Positions 1 through 9,846 of a DNA stretch of 64,000 nucleotides are shown here, one piece after another (positions within the stretch are counted from its first letter, which is position 1; each line of letters begins with the position of its first letter). Made by a program: the position numbers and the translations under genes. This DNA is from Candidatus Velesiimonas alkalicola (GTDB lineage Bacteria; Omnitrophota; Gorgyraeia; Velesiimonadales; Velesiimonadaceae), in NCBI GenBank assembly GCA_013626165.1, contig NDHX01000004.1, positions 64,565 to 128,564 of the forward strand, read 5' to 3'. Below the pieces are notes generated by a model. That model searched no databases. It was not told the DNA's origin and was given only the letters and a program-made list of their open reading frames with translations.

Positions 1-1
1 A

Positions 2-901
2 GCGGTAAAGATACATTCTGAAACAGTTGTTATTGCAACAAGCGGAAGTTACGGTCTTACCGCAATATTAAGTGCCATACAGGAGGGCAAAAGGATTGCA
101 ATTGCAAACAAAGAACCCATTGTTATGGCTGGCTCTTTAATTATGGAAATGGCCAATAGATGTGGTTCACAGATAATACCGGTTGATTCGGAACACAGTG
201 CAATATTTCAGTGTCTTTCTGCAGGTAAAAAAACAGAGGTTCATAAGATATATCTTACAGGTTCTGGTGGAGCCTTAAGAGGGTATTCAAAAGATAGGAT
301 AGGTTCGGTAGATATTAAAAATGTATTATCACATCCAAAATGGAAAATGGGGAAAAAAATCACCGTTGATTCTGCAACCCTTATGAACAAAGGACTTGAG
401 GTTATTGAGGCAACGCATCTTTTTGATATACCTTCGGATAAAATAGAGGTTCTTATCCATCCGCAAGCTATTGTTCATTCATTTGTAGAGTTTATAGATG
501 GCTCTGTGGTTGCACAGTTGAGTGATACCGATATGAAGATTCCTATCCAGTATGCACTGACATATCCTTTAAGAGAAAAATCTTTTGCAAAATATCTTAA
601 TTTAATAAAGATTAAAAATCTTACATTTGAAAAACCTGATAAAAAACTTTTTCCCTGTCTTGCACTGGGATATAAGGCTGCAAAAATAGGAGGCACACTT
701 CCCTGTGTTATGAGTATTGCTAATGAGGTTGCGGTAGAAAAATTTCTTAAAAGGCAAATAAAATTTATTGATATACCAAAGATTATTTTTAATGTTATGA
801 AAAAACACAGGGTAAAAAAAGTAAAAAGTGTAGAGGATGTTATTGAAAGCGCAGAGTGGGCAAAAAGAGAAGCAAACTCCATCTCCTCTGGCAACTGGTG
901 A
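2..901 (+). CDS. dxr: 1-deoxy-D-xylulose 5-phosphate reductoisomerase, 5'-truncated at window edge
   Basis: Frame is open from base 2 (AVKIHSETVVIATSGSYGLTAILSAIQEG...LANKEPIVMAGSL) into listed ORF 125..901 (SEHSAIFQC, HPQAIVHSFVEFIDGS); typical Dxr central/C-terminal region; conserved dxr-rseP-ispG neighbourhood. Confidence 0.85.
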   Translation, partial: AVKIHSETVVIATSGSYGLTAILSAIQEGKRIAIANKEPIVMAGSLIMEMANRCGSQIIPVDSEHSAIFQCLSAGKKTEVHKIYLTGSGGALRGYSKDRIGSVDIKNVLSHPKWKMGKKITVDSATLMNKGLEVIEATHLFDIPSDKIEVLIHPQAIVHSFVEFIDGSVVAQLSDTDMKIPIQYALTYPLREKSFAKYLNLIKIKNLTFEKPDKKLFPCLALGYKAAKIGGTLPCVMSIANEVAVEKFLKRQIKFIDIPKIIFNVMKKHRVKKVKSVEDVIESAEWAKREANSISSGNW

Positions 902-904
902 CAG

Positions 905-995
905 CTGAAAGCCGTATATCGTATTCCGTATATCGTTAAAAAAACGAAATACAGGTGATAGGCGACGTAATACGGTATACGAAATACGAGTATTT
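905..995. repeat. CCGTAT/ATACGG short-repeat hairpin region (family also at 20956-21032 and 59500-59580)
   Basis: ccgtatatcgtattccgtatatcg ... cgtaatacggtatacgaaatacg. Confidence 0.5.
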
Positions 996-1042
996 GACAT
1001 TTTTTTATATTCTATGGTGCTCTGTCAAATAAATAAAGGTAT

Positions 1043-1123
1043 GATTACACAGATTAGTTTAGATTACACAGATAAAGATTGCTGTCGAAATCTGTGTAAT
1101 CGGATTTAAAAATCTGTGTAATC
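1043..1123. repeat. 80-bp palindromic 'GATTACACAGAT' element, copy 1 (2 direct + 2 inverted 12-mers)
   Basis: gattacacagat x2 then atctgtgtaatc x2; between dxr and rseP. Confidence 0.8.
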
Positions 1124-1167
1124 AATGCAATCCTTATTTTGTTTTCAATGCAGTATAGGAGAGAAAA

Positions 1168-2271
1168 ATGAATGCAGTATTGGACATATTTTTACACTAT
1201 GGCATAGCGGTTATTTTTATGCTCGGTATTCTTATTTTTATACATGAGTTGGGGCATTTTTGGACGGCAAGGCTGTTGAAGGTAAAGGTAGATGAGTTTT
1301 CAATAGGGTTTGGTAAAAGGCTCTTTGTGTATAAAAAAAATAATATTGAATATTCAATACGGCTTATACCGTACGGAGGGTTTGTAAAACTTGCAGGCGG
1401 TGAAACAAGAACTCAATCAGTGCCCAATTACAATGAGTTTCTTGCAAAGCCATTGTGGGTAAAAATTTTGATACTTGTTGCAGGCTCATCTATGAATATG
1501 GTTCTTGCAGTATTTTTGTTTTCAAACATTGCATTTTATACAGGCGTTCCTGATACAAGACCCATAGTAGGAGAAGCAATTGAGGGAAAACCCGCATCTA
1601 TCTCGGGTATAAAACAAAAGGATATTATAGTCCAGATAGATGAAAAAAATATTAAATCCTGGAATGATATGACATCTGTCATAAGAAATTCTAAAGGCGA
1701 AGAATTGAACTTAAAAATAGCAAGAGATGGCAGGGACATCTTCTTACAGGTTACACCTGTTCTTGATAAGGTTCCTGATATGTTTGGGAAGGAACAGGAG
1801 ATATTTTTTATAGGTATTGCGCCGCAGATACAACATTTTAATTTATTGGGAAGCTTAAAAGAAGGCACACGTCAGGCTTATTTCTGGAGCACACTTACAC
1901 TAAAAGGCTTATTCAGGATTATTACGGGTGAGGATAAAGTTTTCAAAGCAATAGGAGGGCCTCTTATGATTGCAGAGGTTACTGCAAGGGCATCAAGAGC
2001 CGGTTTTGCAGCATTCTTTTTTATTATGGCAATAATAAGTATTGCACTTGCAGTAATAAATATGTTTCCCATACCCGGTATTACAGACGGAGGTCATACC
2101 ATAGTGTATCTTTTTGAAAAGGCAATAAATCGCCCCTTAAGTCCGAGGGCATATGAAATTGTAACAAGGATAGGGTTTGCATTTATAATATTTTTAATGT
2201 TCATTGCAACAGCAGCAGATGTATGGAGATTCTGGGGGCAAAGGCTATTTGAATTTTTGATAAAAAAATGA
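1168..2271 (+). CDS. rseP: RIP metalloprotease RseP (site-2 protease, M50 family, single PDZ)
   Basis: HELGHFWTARLL zinc motif, multi-TM, PDZ-like middle, position between dxr and ispG. Confidence 0.85.
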   Translation: MNAVLDIFLHYGIAVIFMLGILIFIHELGHFWTARLLKVKVDEFSIGFGKRLFVYKKNNIEYSIRLIPYGGFVKLAGGETRTQSVPNYNEFLAKPLWVKILILVAGSSMNMVLAVFLFSNIAFYTGVPDTRPIVGEAIEGKPASISGIKQKDIIVQIDEKNIKSWNDMTSVIRNSKGEELNLKIARDGRDIFLQVTPVLDKVPDMFGKEQEIFFIGIAPQIQHFNLLGSLKEGTRQAYFWSTLTLKGLFRIITGEDKVFKAIGGPLMIAEVTARASRAGFAAFFFIMAIISIALAVINMFPIPGITDGGHTIVYLFEKAINRPLSPRAYEIVTRIGFAFIIFLMFIATAADVWRFWGQRLFEFLIKK

Positions 2272-3356
2272 GAAGGAAAACAAGGAAAATATTCTACGGG
2301 GATGTTGCAGTAGGAGGTAATTCTCCTGTAAGTATTCAGTCTATGACAAGGACCGAATTATCAGATGTTCCATCAACATTAAGACAGATTAAATTGCTTA
2401 AAAAAAAAGGTTGCGAAATAGTAAGGATTGCTGTCCCTGATATTGAATCTGTTTCTTATCTTAAAAAGGCTATACCCAAGAGCGTTCTTCCTATTGAGGC
2501 TGACATACATTTTAACTGGAATATTGCAATACTTTGTATACAGGCCGGTGTTCAGGGGATAAGACTAAATCCAGGAAACATATATAGAAAATCTCAAATT
2601 ATTGCAGTTGCAAAACAAGTGGCTGAAAAAAATATTCCAGTAAGAGTTGGACTTAATTCAGGTTCTCTTCCCGTCTGCGCAGGCACACTTTCGGGAAAGA
2701 TGGTAAGATCTGCACTAAACTACATAGATATCTTACAAAAGGCTGGTGTGTGTAATATCATTGTTTCACTTAAATGTTCAGATGTTCAGCAGACTGTTGC
2801 TTCATATAGAGAACTTGCAAAAAAAACAGATATTCCTTTCCATTTAGGAATAACCGCAACAGGTTTTGGAACAGAATCAATTGTAAAATCATCTATCGGT
2901 ATTGGCTCACTGCTTTTAGATGGAATAGGAGATACTATAAGAGTATCTTTTTCAGGAAATCCTGTTGAAGAGGTAAGCACAGGGAAGTATATATTACAGG
3001 CACTGAGAATAAGGAGATTTTTCCCGGAGGTTATTGCCTGTCCGACCTGTGGAAGATGTACAATAGATGTTCCAAGAATTGCAAAACAGGTTTATTCAAA
3101 ATTATCTAATATATCCAATAATTATCCCGGTATTTTAAGTCTCACAGTTGCAGTTATGGGATGTGTTGTGAACGGTCCTGGTGAAGCAAAAAATGCTGAT
3201 GTAGGCATAGCAGGGGGCAAAGGCAAAGGGCTTTTATTTGTGAAAGGAAAGCCTCTGTATAATGTGGAAGAAAAAAAATTGGCAGACACTCTTGTAAAAC
3301 AGGCTATTTCCCTGTCTTTACTTGCGACTGCCGCCCCAAATTGTCGGGACAAGTAA
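2268..3356 (+). CDS. ispG: 4-hydroxy-3-methylbut-2-enyl diphosphate synthase (IspG/GcpE)
   Basis: GcpE-like sequence incl. C-terminal CPTCGRC Fe-S cysteine motif; translationally coupled to rseP. Confidence 0.85.
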   Translation: MRRKTRKIFYGDVAVGGNSPVSIQSMTRTELSDVPSTLRQIKLLKKKGCEIVRIAVPDIESVSYLKKAIPKSVLPIEADIHFNWNIAILCIQAGVQGIRLNPGNIYRKSQIIAVAKQVAEKNIPVRVGLNSGSLPVCAGTLSGKMVRSALNYIDILQKAGVCNIIVSLKCSDVQQTVASYRELAKKTDIPFHLGITATGFGTESIVKSSIGIGSLLLDGIGDTIRVSFSGNPVEEVSTGKYILQALRIRRFFPEVIACPTCGRCTIDVPRIAKQVYSKLSNISNNYPGILSLTVAVMGCVVNGPGEAKNADVGIAGGKGKGLLFVKGKPLYNVEEKKLADTLVKQAISLSLLATAAPNCRDK

Positions 3357-3665
3357 AGTGCCCCCATTACCTTATGATAAGCGATTCGGATTGACACAGA
3401 TACGAGGGTTTGGTAGAATAGTGCCTGCCAATTAGGCGATAAAAAACTGGCGATAAGGCGACAAAAAAACATTTCAATATTCCGCAGACTGAGTTGGGTG
3501 AGTAAATGCTCAGTGAACACCGTTGTCATTGCGAGGGAACGAAAGGTGACCGAAGCAATCTCATGAGATTGCCACGTCGCTGTCGCTTCTCGCAATGACG
3601 GACTTAAGTGAATACTTACTCGGGTGATTTTTGAACTTTATAGAGGGAATGAAGGTAGGTAAGAT

Positions 3666-4637
3666 ATGAAAAAATTATTTATGTTTATTGTATTTGTACT
3701 CACACTTGCAGGTGTTTGCCATTCTTTCTGGATATGGACACCTGAAACAGGCAGGTTTATAAATCCTAAGTATGCTGTAAAAGATTCGCCAAAAGAGCAG
3801 TTTGAATGGGCTATGGAGCTTTATAAAGCAGGGGATTATAAAAGAGCACTATCAGAATTTAGGAAACTTTACAGGATTTATCCTGATTCAATGTATGCAA
3901 GCCAGTCTGGGCTTTATGAAGGAAAATCCCAGGAAGGTTTAGGTAATTACTGGCAGGCATTTAAGGCATACCAAAAAATGATAGAAAAATATCCATATAG
4001 TAAGTCTGTGCCGGTTGCAATAGAAAGGAGTTTCAAGATAGGTGAAATGTTTCTTGAAGGAAAAAAAATAAAAAGATTAGGATTAGAAATATTTCCGTCA
4101 GCAGATGAGACAATACAGATATTTGAAAAAGTAGTGAAAAATGCGCCATTTGGACCATATGGAGCAAAGGCACAGTTTAATTTAGGGGTTGCATATAGCA
4201 GGGCTAGAAGGTTTGCTGAAAGTGGAGAGGCCTTTCTTAAAGTTATTGACAATTATCCGGAGAGTCCACTTGCAGGCGAAGCAAGGATACAGATTGCAAA
4301 AAGTTCACAGATGGCTTCGTTAAGGCCAAAGTATGACCAGACATCAACCAAAAAAGCGATACGAGAGTTCGAAGAGATTTTAAAATTAGGCTCTCAACCG
4401 GAGATCGTGGAAAAGGCTCAACAATCTCTTACTGCATTAAAAGAAAAAAAGGCTGAAAGTCTTTATTTAATTGCACAATTTTATGAAAAGAGACGCTCTG
4501 TTAATGGTGCAAAAATATACTATAAGCAGATACTAAAAAATTATGCTGATACAAACATTGCAGAAAAAGCAAAACAAAGAATGACAGAAATATTCCTTTC
4601 GGGAAAATCCCTGGGGGAAACAGGCTGGGAACAATGA
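3666..4637 (+). CDS. TPR-repeat outer-membrane assembly lipoprotein, BamD/YfiO-like
   Basis: N-terminal signal peptide, TPR-like repeats (YKAGDYKRALSEF..., AQFNLGVAY), precedes LptE-like lipoprotein. Confidence 0.5.
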   Translation: MKKLFMFIVFVLTLAGVCHSFWIWTPETGRFINPKYAVKDSPKEQFEWAMELYKAGDYKRALSEFRKLYRIYPDSMYASQSGLYEGKSQEGLGNYWQAFKAYQKMIEKYPYSKSVPVAIERSFKIGEMFLEGKKIKRLGLEIFPSADETIQIFEKVVKNAPFGPYGAKAQFNLGVAYSRARRFAESGEAFLKVIDNYPESPLAGEARIQIAKSSQMASLRPKYDQTSTKKAIREFEEILKLGSQPEIVEKAQQSLTALKEKKAESLYLIAQFYEKRRSVNGAKIYYKQILKNYADTNIAEKAKQRMTEIFLSGKSLGETGWEQ

Positions 4638-5149
4638 AAAGGTTTTTATTTATATTTGTTTTATTTATCTATGGGTGTGGATATACCACAAGGCCAGGGG
4701 TTGCCCCTGATTTCAAAACCATATACATAGAACCATTTACAAACAGTATAGATATTACATCTGAAAGAACCAACATAAGACACCACAGAACATCCATTGC
4801 AGGTATTGAGGTGCTTGTTACAAAAAACATTGAAGATGTTTTAAAAAGAGATGGAAGGCTGAGGCTTGTAAAAAAAGATCAGGCTGATGTTATAATGACC
4901 GGATCTGTTCTTTCGTTTAACAGAGAGGCCCTCAGATACAATCCAGATGGAACCATAAGAGAATCAAGAATACATATCACAACACAGGTTGCTATTAGAA
5001 CAAAATTAGGTGAAACACTGTGGACTGAAAATATAAGCAACCGATTAGGAAGTACCTTTGCAGGTGCTACAACAGACATTTCTGCGCTGAATAGTGCGAT
5101 ACAAGACCTTTCAATAAAAATAAGAAACCGCCTGCTTGAAGATTGGTAA
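4634..5149 (+). CDS. LPS-assembly lipoprotein LptE-like
   Basis: 171 aa, signal peptide with lipobox-like IYGCGY followed by TTRPG and IYIEPFTN pattern typical of LptE N-terminus. Confidence 0.5.
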   Translation: MKRFLFIFVLFIYGCGYTTRPGVAPDFKTIYIEPFTNSIDITSERTNIRHHRTSIAGIEVLVTKNIEDVLKRDGRLRLVKKDQADVIMTGSVLSFNREALRYNPDGTIRESRIHITTQVAIRTKLGETLWTENISNRLGSTFAGATTDISALNSAIQDLSIKIRNRLLEDW

Positions 5150-5158
5150 TTTAATTTT

Positions 5159-5237
5159 CGGGGCGTGGCTCAGCTTGGTTTAGAGCATCTGCTTTGGGAG
5201 CAGAGGGTCGGCCGTTCGAATCGGCCCGCCCCGACCA
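5159..5237 (+). tRNA. tRNA-Pro (anticodon TGG), CCA encoded
   Basis: cggggcgtggctcagcttgg...; anticodon loop tTTGGGa between stem tctgc/gcaga; T-arm ggtcggccgttcgaatcggcc; acceptor cggggcg/cgccccg. Confidence 0.85.
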
Positions 5238-5256
5238 GCAACGGACAAAGCTCGTC

Positions 5257-5333
<77 letters not shown>

Positions 5334-5375
5334 GAAAACAACAGTTCTGCTTTGCGGTAGGCAGAAACAAAAAAT

Positions 5376-5453
5376 GGTGGGTGTAGCTCAGTTGGATAGA
5401 GCACTGGACTGTGGCTCCTGTTGTCGCGGGTTCAAATCCCGTCACCCACCCCA
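5376..5453 (+). tRNA. tRNA-His (anticodon GTG) with genomically encoded G-1 and CCA
   Basis: Extra 5' G (ggtgggtg...) pairing with discriminator C, the His-specific hallmark; anticodon loop ctGTGgc; one mismatch in anticodon stem. Confidence 0.75.
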
Positions 5454-5464
5454 TTAAAAAGAAG

Positions 5465-5836
5465 ATGGCCAACCCTCTCAAACCTATAAAAGGAAGACCG
5501 ATGGATAGAAAGTCTGCAAGATTCAGTACCAGGCTACCCATACAGTATTATGTAAAAGGGGTGGTCTTGGATATTGGTTTTAAGGATGCGGTCACAACAG
5601 ATTTAAGTTCAACAGGGCTTTCTTTTGAAAACAACAAGCCTATCAGAGAAGGTTCTATTATTGAGATAAAAATTTTTATGCCCGGTTATAAAAAACCCAT
5701 ACAGGTAACAGGAAAAGTCATAAGGACCGATAGATATACCAATATGTTTGTTGTGGCGGTAGCTTTTGAAAAAATAAACCCTGTTGACAAGGAGAAGATA
5801 AATTTCTGGTACTATAAAGATACACTTAAATTATGA
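5465..5836 (+). CDS. PilZ-domain (c-di-GMP binding) protein
   Basis: RKSAR (RxxxR) and DLSSTGLSF (DxSxxG) PilZ motifs; the listed ORF start 5411 lies inside tRNA-His, so ATG at 5465 is preferred. Confidence 0.7.
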   Translation: MANPLKPIKGRPMDRKSARFSTRLPIQYYVKGVVLDIGFKDAVTTDLSSTGLSFENNKPIREGSIIEIKIFMPGYKKPIQVTGKVIRTDRYTNMFVVAVAFEKINPVDKEKINFWYYKDTLKL

Positions 5837-7203
5837 AAAAATATGATATTACAATAATCGGTGCCGGCCCTGGAGGATATATTGCAGCAATAAGAGCGAC
5901 ACAGCTTGGGGGGAGGGTTTGTGTTATAGAAAAAGAGCATTTAGGTGGAACCTGTCTTAACAGAGGATGTATCCCAACAAAAGCACTATTAAAAAGTGCA
6001 GAGTTATTTTATTACATACAGAATGCGGGCTCGTTGGGTATAAAGGTGCAGAATATAACCCCTGATGTCCCTTTAATATTTGAAAGAAAAGAAAAAATTA
6101 TCCAGCAATTAAGAAAAGGGATAGAATCTCTTTTAAAAGCAAAAAAGATAGATGTGATAAAAGGTGTGGGTAAGGTTGTATCTGCCTCACAGGTGCTTGT
6201 GAACGAAGAAGAAAAAATATCTTCTAAGTTTATAATTCTTGCAACGGGTTCCGAATCTTTGGCTTGCCCCGGCATTGAGACAGACGGTAAAAATATACTT
6301 ACAAGCACAGATATTTTAAATACCGCTTCAATACCAAAATCCCTTGTTATTATAGGAGGCGGTGTAATAGGTTGCGAGATGGCTTGCTTTTATTCACAGA
6401 TGGGATCAAAGGTTCATATGATTGAGATGACAGACAGGGCGCTTCCTACGGAGGATATTGAGGTATCAAAAACATTTCTTACTTTTTTGAAAAAAAGAAC
6501 TGTAGAGGTACATCTAAGTACAAAAGTGATTTCCGCCTCCGTTAAAAATAAAGATGAAACAATCGTTAATCTTGAAGGTGGGGACATAATAGCAGAAAAG
6601 GTTCTCGTATGCATAGGGAGAAGGCCCAATTCTGAAAATATAGGTATTGAAGAGATGGGAATTAAAACAGAAAAATCAGGACCGGTAGTTGATGAGTATA
6701 TGAGAACAAATGTTTCAACAATATTTGCAATAGGAGACCTTGCGGGGAAAAGGTATCTTGCTCATACCGCATCGATGGAAGGGATTGTTGCTGTTGAAAA
6801 TGCAGTGGGTAAGGATGGAAGGATGGATTATAGCGTTGTGCCTAACTGCATATTTACATTCCCTGAAATTTCAAGTGTAGGACTTACAGAAGAGCAGGCG
6901 ACTTCTTCGGGTATAGATGCAGAATCTTCAAAGTTTCCGTTTCAGGCACTCGGCAGAGCGGTTGCTTCTTCACAGACACAGGGTTTTGTTAAAATTGTAT
7001 TTGATAAAAAAACCAGAGAGGTTCTCGGTTGTCAGATTATAGGCCCTTGTGCAACAGAACTTATTGCCGAGGTCTCACTTGCAATCCGGATGCAGGCAAC
7101 TGTGAAAGATATTGCAAATACAATCCATGCCCATCCAACATTCTCAGAGGCAATTCAGGAAGCAGCATATGCAAGCCTTGAAGGCGCGCTACACCTGCCG
7201 TAA
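5833..7203 (+). CDS. lpdA: dihydrolipoyl dehydrogenase
   Basis: GAGPGGY FAD motif, redox-active CLNRGCIPTK disulfide, C-terminal HAHPTFSE interface motif. Confidence 0.9.
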   Translation: MKKYDITIIGAGPGGYIAAIRATQLGGRVCVIEKEHLGGTCLNRGCIPTKALLKSAELFYYIQNAGSLGIKVQNITPDVPLIFERKEKIIQQLRKGIESLLKAKKIDVIKGVGKVVSASQVLVNEEEKISSKFIILATGSESLACPGIETDGKNILTSTDILNTASIPKSLVIIGGGVIGCEMACFYSQMGSKVHMIEMTDRALPTEDIEVSKTFLTFLKKRTVEVHLSTKVISASVKNKDETIVNLEGGDIIAEKVLVCIGRRPNSENIGIEEMGIKTEKSGPVVDEYMRTNVSTIFAIGDLAGKRYLAHTASMEGIVAVENAVGKDGRMDYSVVPNCIFTFPEISSVGLTEEQATSSGIDAESSKFPFQALGRAVASSQTQGFVKIVFDKKTREVLGCQIIGPCATELIAEVSLAIRMQATVKDIANTIHAHPTFSEAIQEAAYASLEGALHLP

Positions 7204-7219
7204 CAGTGGTGAAGAGATT

Positions 7220-8668
7220 GTGGAAAATATTTTATTTGAAAAGAGGCTAAAAAAGACAGAAGCATTAAGACAAAAAGGTATCTCACCTTATTCAGGGGGG
7301 TTTAAGAAAAGTCTATCCTGTTGTGAAGCAGAGCAAAAATTTACTGAAGAATTACAGGTAAGCCTTGCAGGAAGACTTATGTCAGTAAGAGCCCATGGGA
7401 AAAGCGTATTTGCAGATATCAAGGATTTAACGGGCAGGATTCAGGTCTATGCAAAGATAGATATATTGGGCGAAAATGAATTTGAAACTTTTAAAGGTTT
7501 AGATATCGGAGATATTATAGGTGTAGAAGGAAAACTTTTTAAGACAAGAACAGGACAGGTTACGGTTGTTATAGAAAGGTTTAAGATTCTTTCAAAATCA
7601 TTGAAGGTATTGCCTGAAAAGTGGCATGGATTAAAAGATACTGAAATAAGATACAGACAGAGATTTCTTGATATTATAATGAATAATGAGGTTCGTTGCA
7701 TATTTGAAAAAAGGTCAAAAATAGTATCATCCATCAGGCAGTACTTGGAGAAACAAGGTTTTATTGAGGTTGAAACTCCTGTATTACAGAGCATACCCGG
7801 TGGTGCCATTGCAAAGCCGTTTATTACGCATCATAATGCACTCGGGACGGATCTATACCTAAGAATTGCACCCGAGCTATACTTAAAAAGACTTCTTATT
7901 GCAGGGTTTGAAAAAGTTTTTGAGATAGGTAAAAATTTCAGGAATGAAGGTATATCCACAAAGCATAATCCTGAGTTCACAATGCTTGAAGCGTATCAGG
8001 CATACTCTGATTATGGCGATATGATGAGTCTTTGTGAAGGTATTATAAAATTTGCTTCAAAAAATGTACTGGGGGCAGAAGAGATTGAATATGAAGGTAA
8101 AAAAATCATTTTATCAGGGCAATGGAAAAGATTAGATTTTTTTGATACATTAAACTGTGTTGCAGGAGAAGATTTATCTAAGAAAAAAGAACAAGAACTA
8201 AGAGAGGTTGCAAAAAAAATAAGGGTTGATGTATCACATACACTGACAAGGGCGAAGATATTAGACGAGCTTTTAAAAAAATGTGTGGGACCTACACTTA
8301 TTCAGCCTACATTTTTTGTGGACTATCCGGTAGAGCTTTCGCCTTTTGCTAAAAGAAAACAGGATAACCCTGTCCTTGTTGAGAGGTTCCAGTTGTTTAT
8401 AGGAGGGCTTGAGGTTGCAAATGCATTCTCTGAACTGAATGACCCGGTGGACCAGAAAAAAAGATTTGAGGAACAGATTCAGGCAAAAGAGAAAGGAGAC
8501 GCTGATGCGCATTTTATGGATGAGGATTTTATCAATGCCCTTGAGTATGGTATGCCGCCTGCAGGAGGACTTGGTATAGGAATTGATAGGCTTATTATGT
8601 TGCTCTGCGGAAAAGACTCTATAAGGGAGGTGATTCTTTTCCCGCAGTTAAAGAAACAAGAAATATGA
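7220..8668 (+). CDS. lysS: lysine--tRNA ligase (class II)
   Basis: Class II LysRS motifs (FRNEG, GGLGIGIDRLIML); ORF 7112 overlaps the lpdA 3' end; GTG at 7220, just after the lpdA stop, gives a canonical N-terminus (ENILFEKRLKKTEALRQKGISPY). Confidence 0.8.
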   Translation: MENILFEKRLKKTEALRQKGISPYSGGFKKSLSCCEAEQKFTEELQVSLAGRLMSVRAHGKSVFADIKDLTGRIQVYAKIDILGENEFETFKGLDIGDIIGVEGKLFKTRTGQVTVVIERFKILSKSLKVLPEKWHGLKDTEIRYRQRFLDIIMNNEVRCIFEKRSKIVSSIRQYLEKQGFIEVETPVLQSIPGGAIAKPFITHHNALGTDLYLRIAPELYLKRLLIAGFEKVFEIGKNFRNEGISTKHNPEFTMLEAYQAYSDYGDMMSLCEGIIKFASKNVLGAEEIEYEGKKIILSGQWKRLDFFDTLNCVAGEDLSKKKEQELREVAKKIRVDVSHTLTRAKILDELLKKCVGPTLIQPTFFVDYPVELSPFAKRKQDNPVLVERFQLFIGGLEVANAFSELNDPVDQKKRFEEQIQAKEKGDADAHFMDEDFINALEYGMPPAGGLGIGIDRLIMLLCGKDSIREVILFPQLKKQEI

Positions 8669-9846
8669 GATATGAGTACTGGATAAGTTACAGGTATCTA
8701 AAAGCAAAAAGACTTGAAAAATTTGTTTCTCTTATCAGTGTTTTTTCAATATTCGGTGTTGCCATAGGGGTAATGGCGTTGATAGTTGTAATAGGAGTGA
8801 TGCGGGGTTTTAGTACCGAATTAAAAAGAAAAATCATCGGGATGAATGCAAGCATAGTGGTAGAGAAACAGGGTGGTATTGAAGATTATGAGAAAATACT
8901 GGAAAAGATAAAAACTATAAAAGATGTTAAAGCCGCATCCCCATATATCATAGGTCAGGCAATGGTAAGGTCAAAGAATAAGGTACTGGGGTGTATCCTA
9001 AAAGGGATAAATATAGACACAGAAATAGAGGTAACAAAAATAAAAGATTATCTAAAACATGGCACACTTTATCTTTCATCCTGGAATGTTATAATCGGCG
9101 AACAGATGGCATCAGTGTTAGGTGTTACGGTTGGGGATCACATTACTATTATATCTCCTGCTGATGGTAGTGAATATGATGTTAAGGTTAGAGGAATATT
9201 TTCAAGCGGAATGTATGAATATGATATTGGTATAATGTTCATTGATATAAAAGATGCGCAAGAGTTTTTTATTACTGGCAATACAGTTTCAGGTATTAGC
9301 ATAAAGGTAGGTGATATATACAGAGCAGGAAAAGTAAAAACAGAAATAGAGCACAGGCTTGGTTTTCCATATTATGCAAGAACCTGGATAGAATCAAATA
9401 AGGCATTATTTTCAGCATTAAGGTTAGAAAGAATAACAATGTTTATCATACTTACACTTATGATAGTTGTTGCCTGTTTTGGTATATTAAGTACACTTAT
9501 TATGACTGTTATGGAAAAGGTTCGTGATATCGGGATACTTAAAGCAATAGGTGCGGCAAATGCTTCCATAAAACTCATATTTACATCCTACGGACTTTTT
9601 ATAGGGACAATTGGCACAGCCTTAGGTTCTTTATCCGGTATAGGTATGTGTCTTCTAATAAAAACAACAAATATTATCAAACTTCCGGGCGATATATACT
9701 ATTTTGAAAAATTACCAGTTCAGATGACTTTTCAAGATATTTTTTTGATAATAGTCTGTGCCTTAATGATAAGCTTTCTTGCAACGCTTTATCCGGCCCA
9801 TCAGGCAGCCCGGCTTAATCCTGTGGAAACACTAAGATATGAATAA
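8665..9846 (+). CDS. lolC: lipoprotein-releasing ABC transporter permease (LolC/LolE, FtsX family)
   Basis: 4-TM FtsX/MacB-type topology with large periplasmic loop; followed by lolD. Confidence 0.8.
   Translation: MRYEYWISYRYLKAKRLEKFVSLISVFSIFGVAIGVMALIVVIGVMRGFSTELKRKIIGMNASIVVEKQGGIEDYEKILEKIKTIKDVKAASPYIIGQAMVRSKNKVLGCILKGINIDTEIEVTKIKDYLKHGTLYLSSWNVIIGEQMASVLGVTVGDHITIISPADGSEYDVKVRGIFSSGMYEYDIGIMFIDIKDAQEFFITGNTVSGISIKVGDIYRAGKVKTEIEHRLGFPYYARTWIESNKALFSALRLERITMFIILTLMIVVACFGILSTLIMTVMEKVRDIGILKAIGAANASIKLIFTSYGLFIGTIGTALGSLSGIGMCLLIKTTNIIKLPGDIYYFEKLPVQMTFQDIFLIIVCALMISFLATLYPAHQAARLNPVETLRYE

Noticed and set aside
3122-3595. 157-aa minus-strand ORF
   Set aside because: It overlaps the ispG 3' end and the structured intergenic palindromes. 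No support.
5411-5464. Upstream extension of the PilZ ORF
   Set aside because: It begins inside tRNA-His. ATG at 5465 lies just after the tRNA CCA.
7112-7219. Upstream extension of lysS overlapping the lpdA 3' end by ~90 nt
   Set aside because: GTG at 7220 immediately after the lpdA stop yields a canonical LysRS N-terminus. The extension has no similarity.
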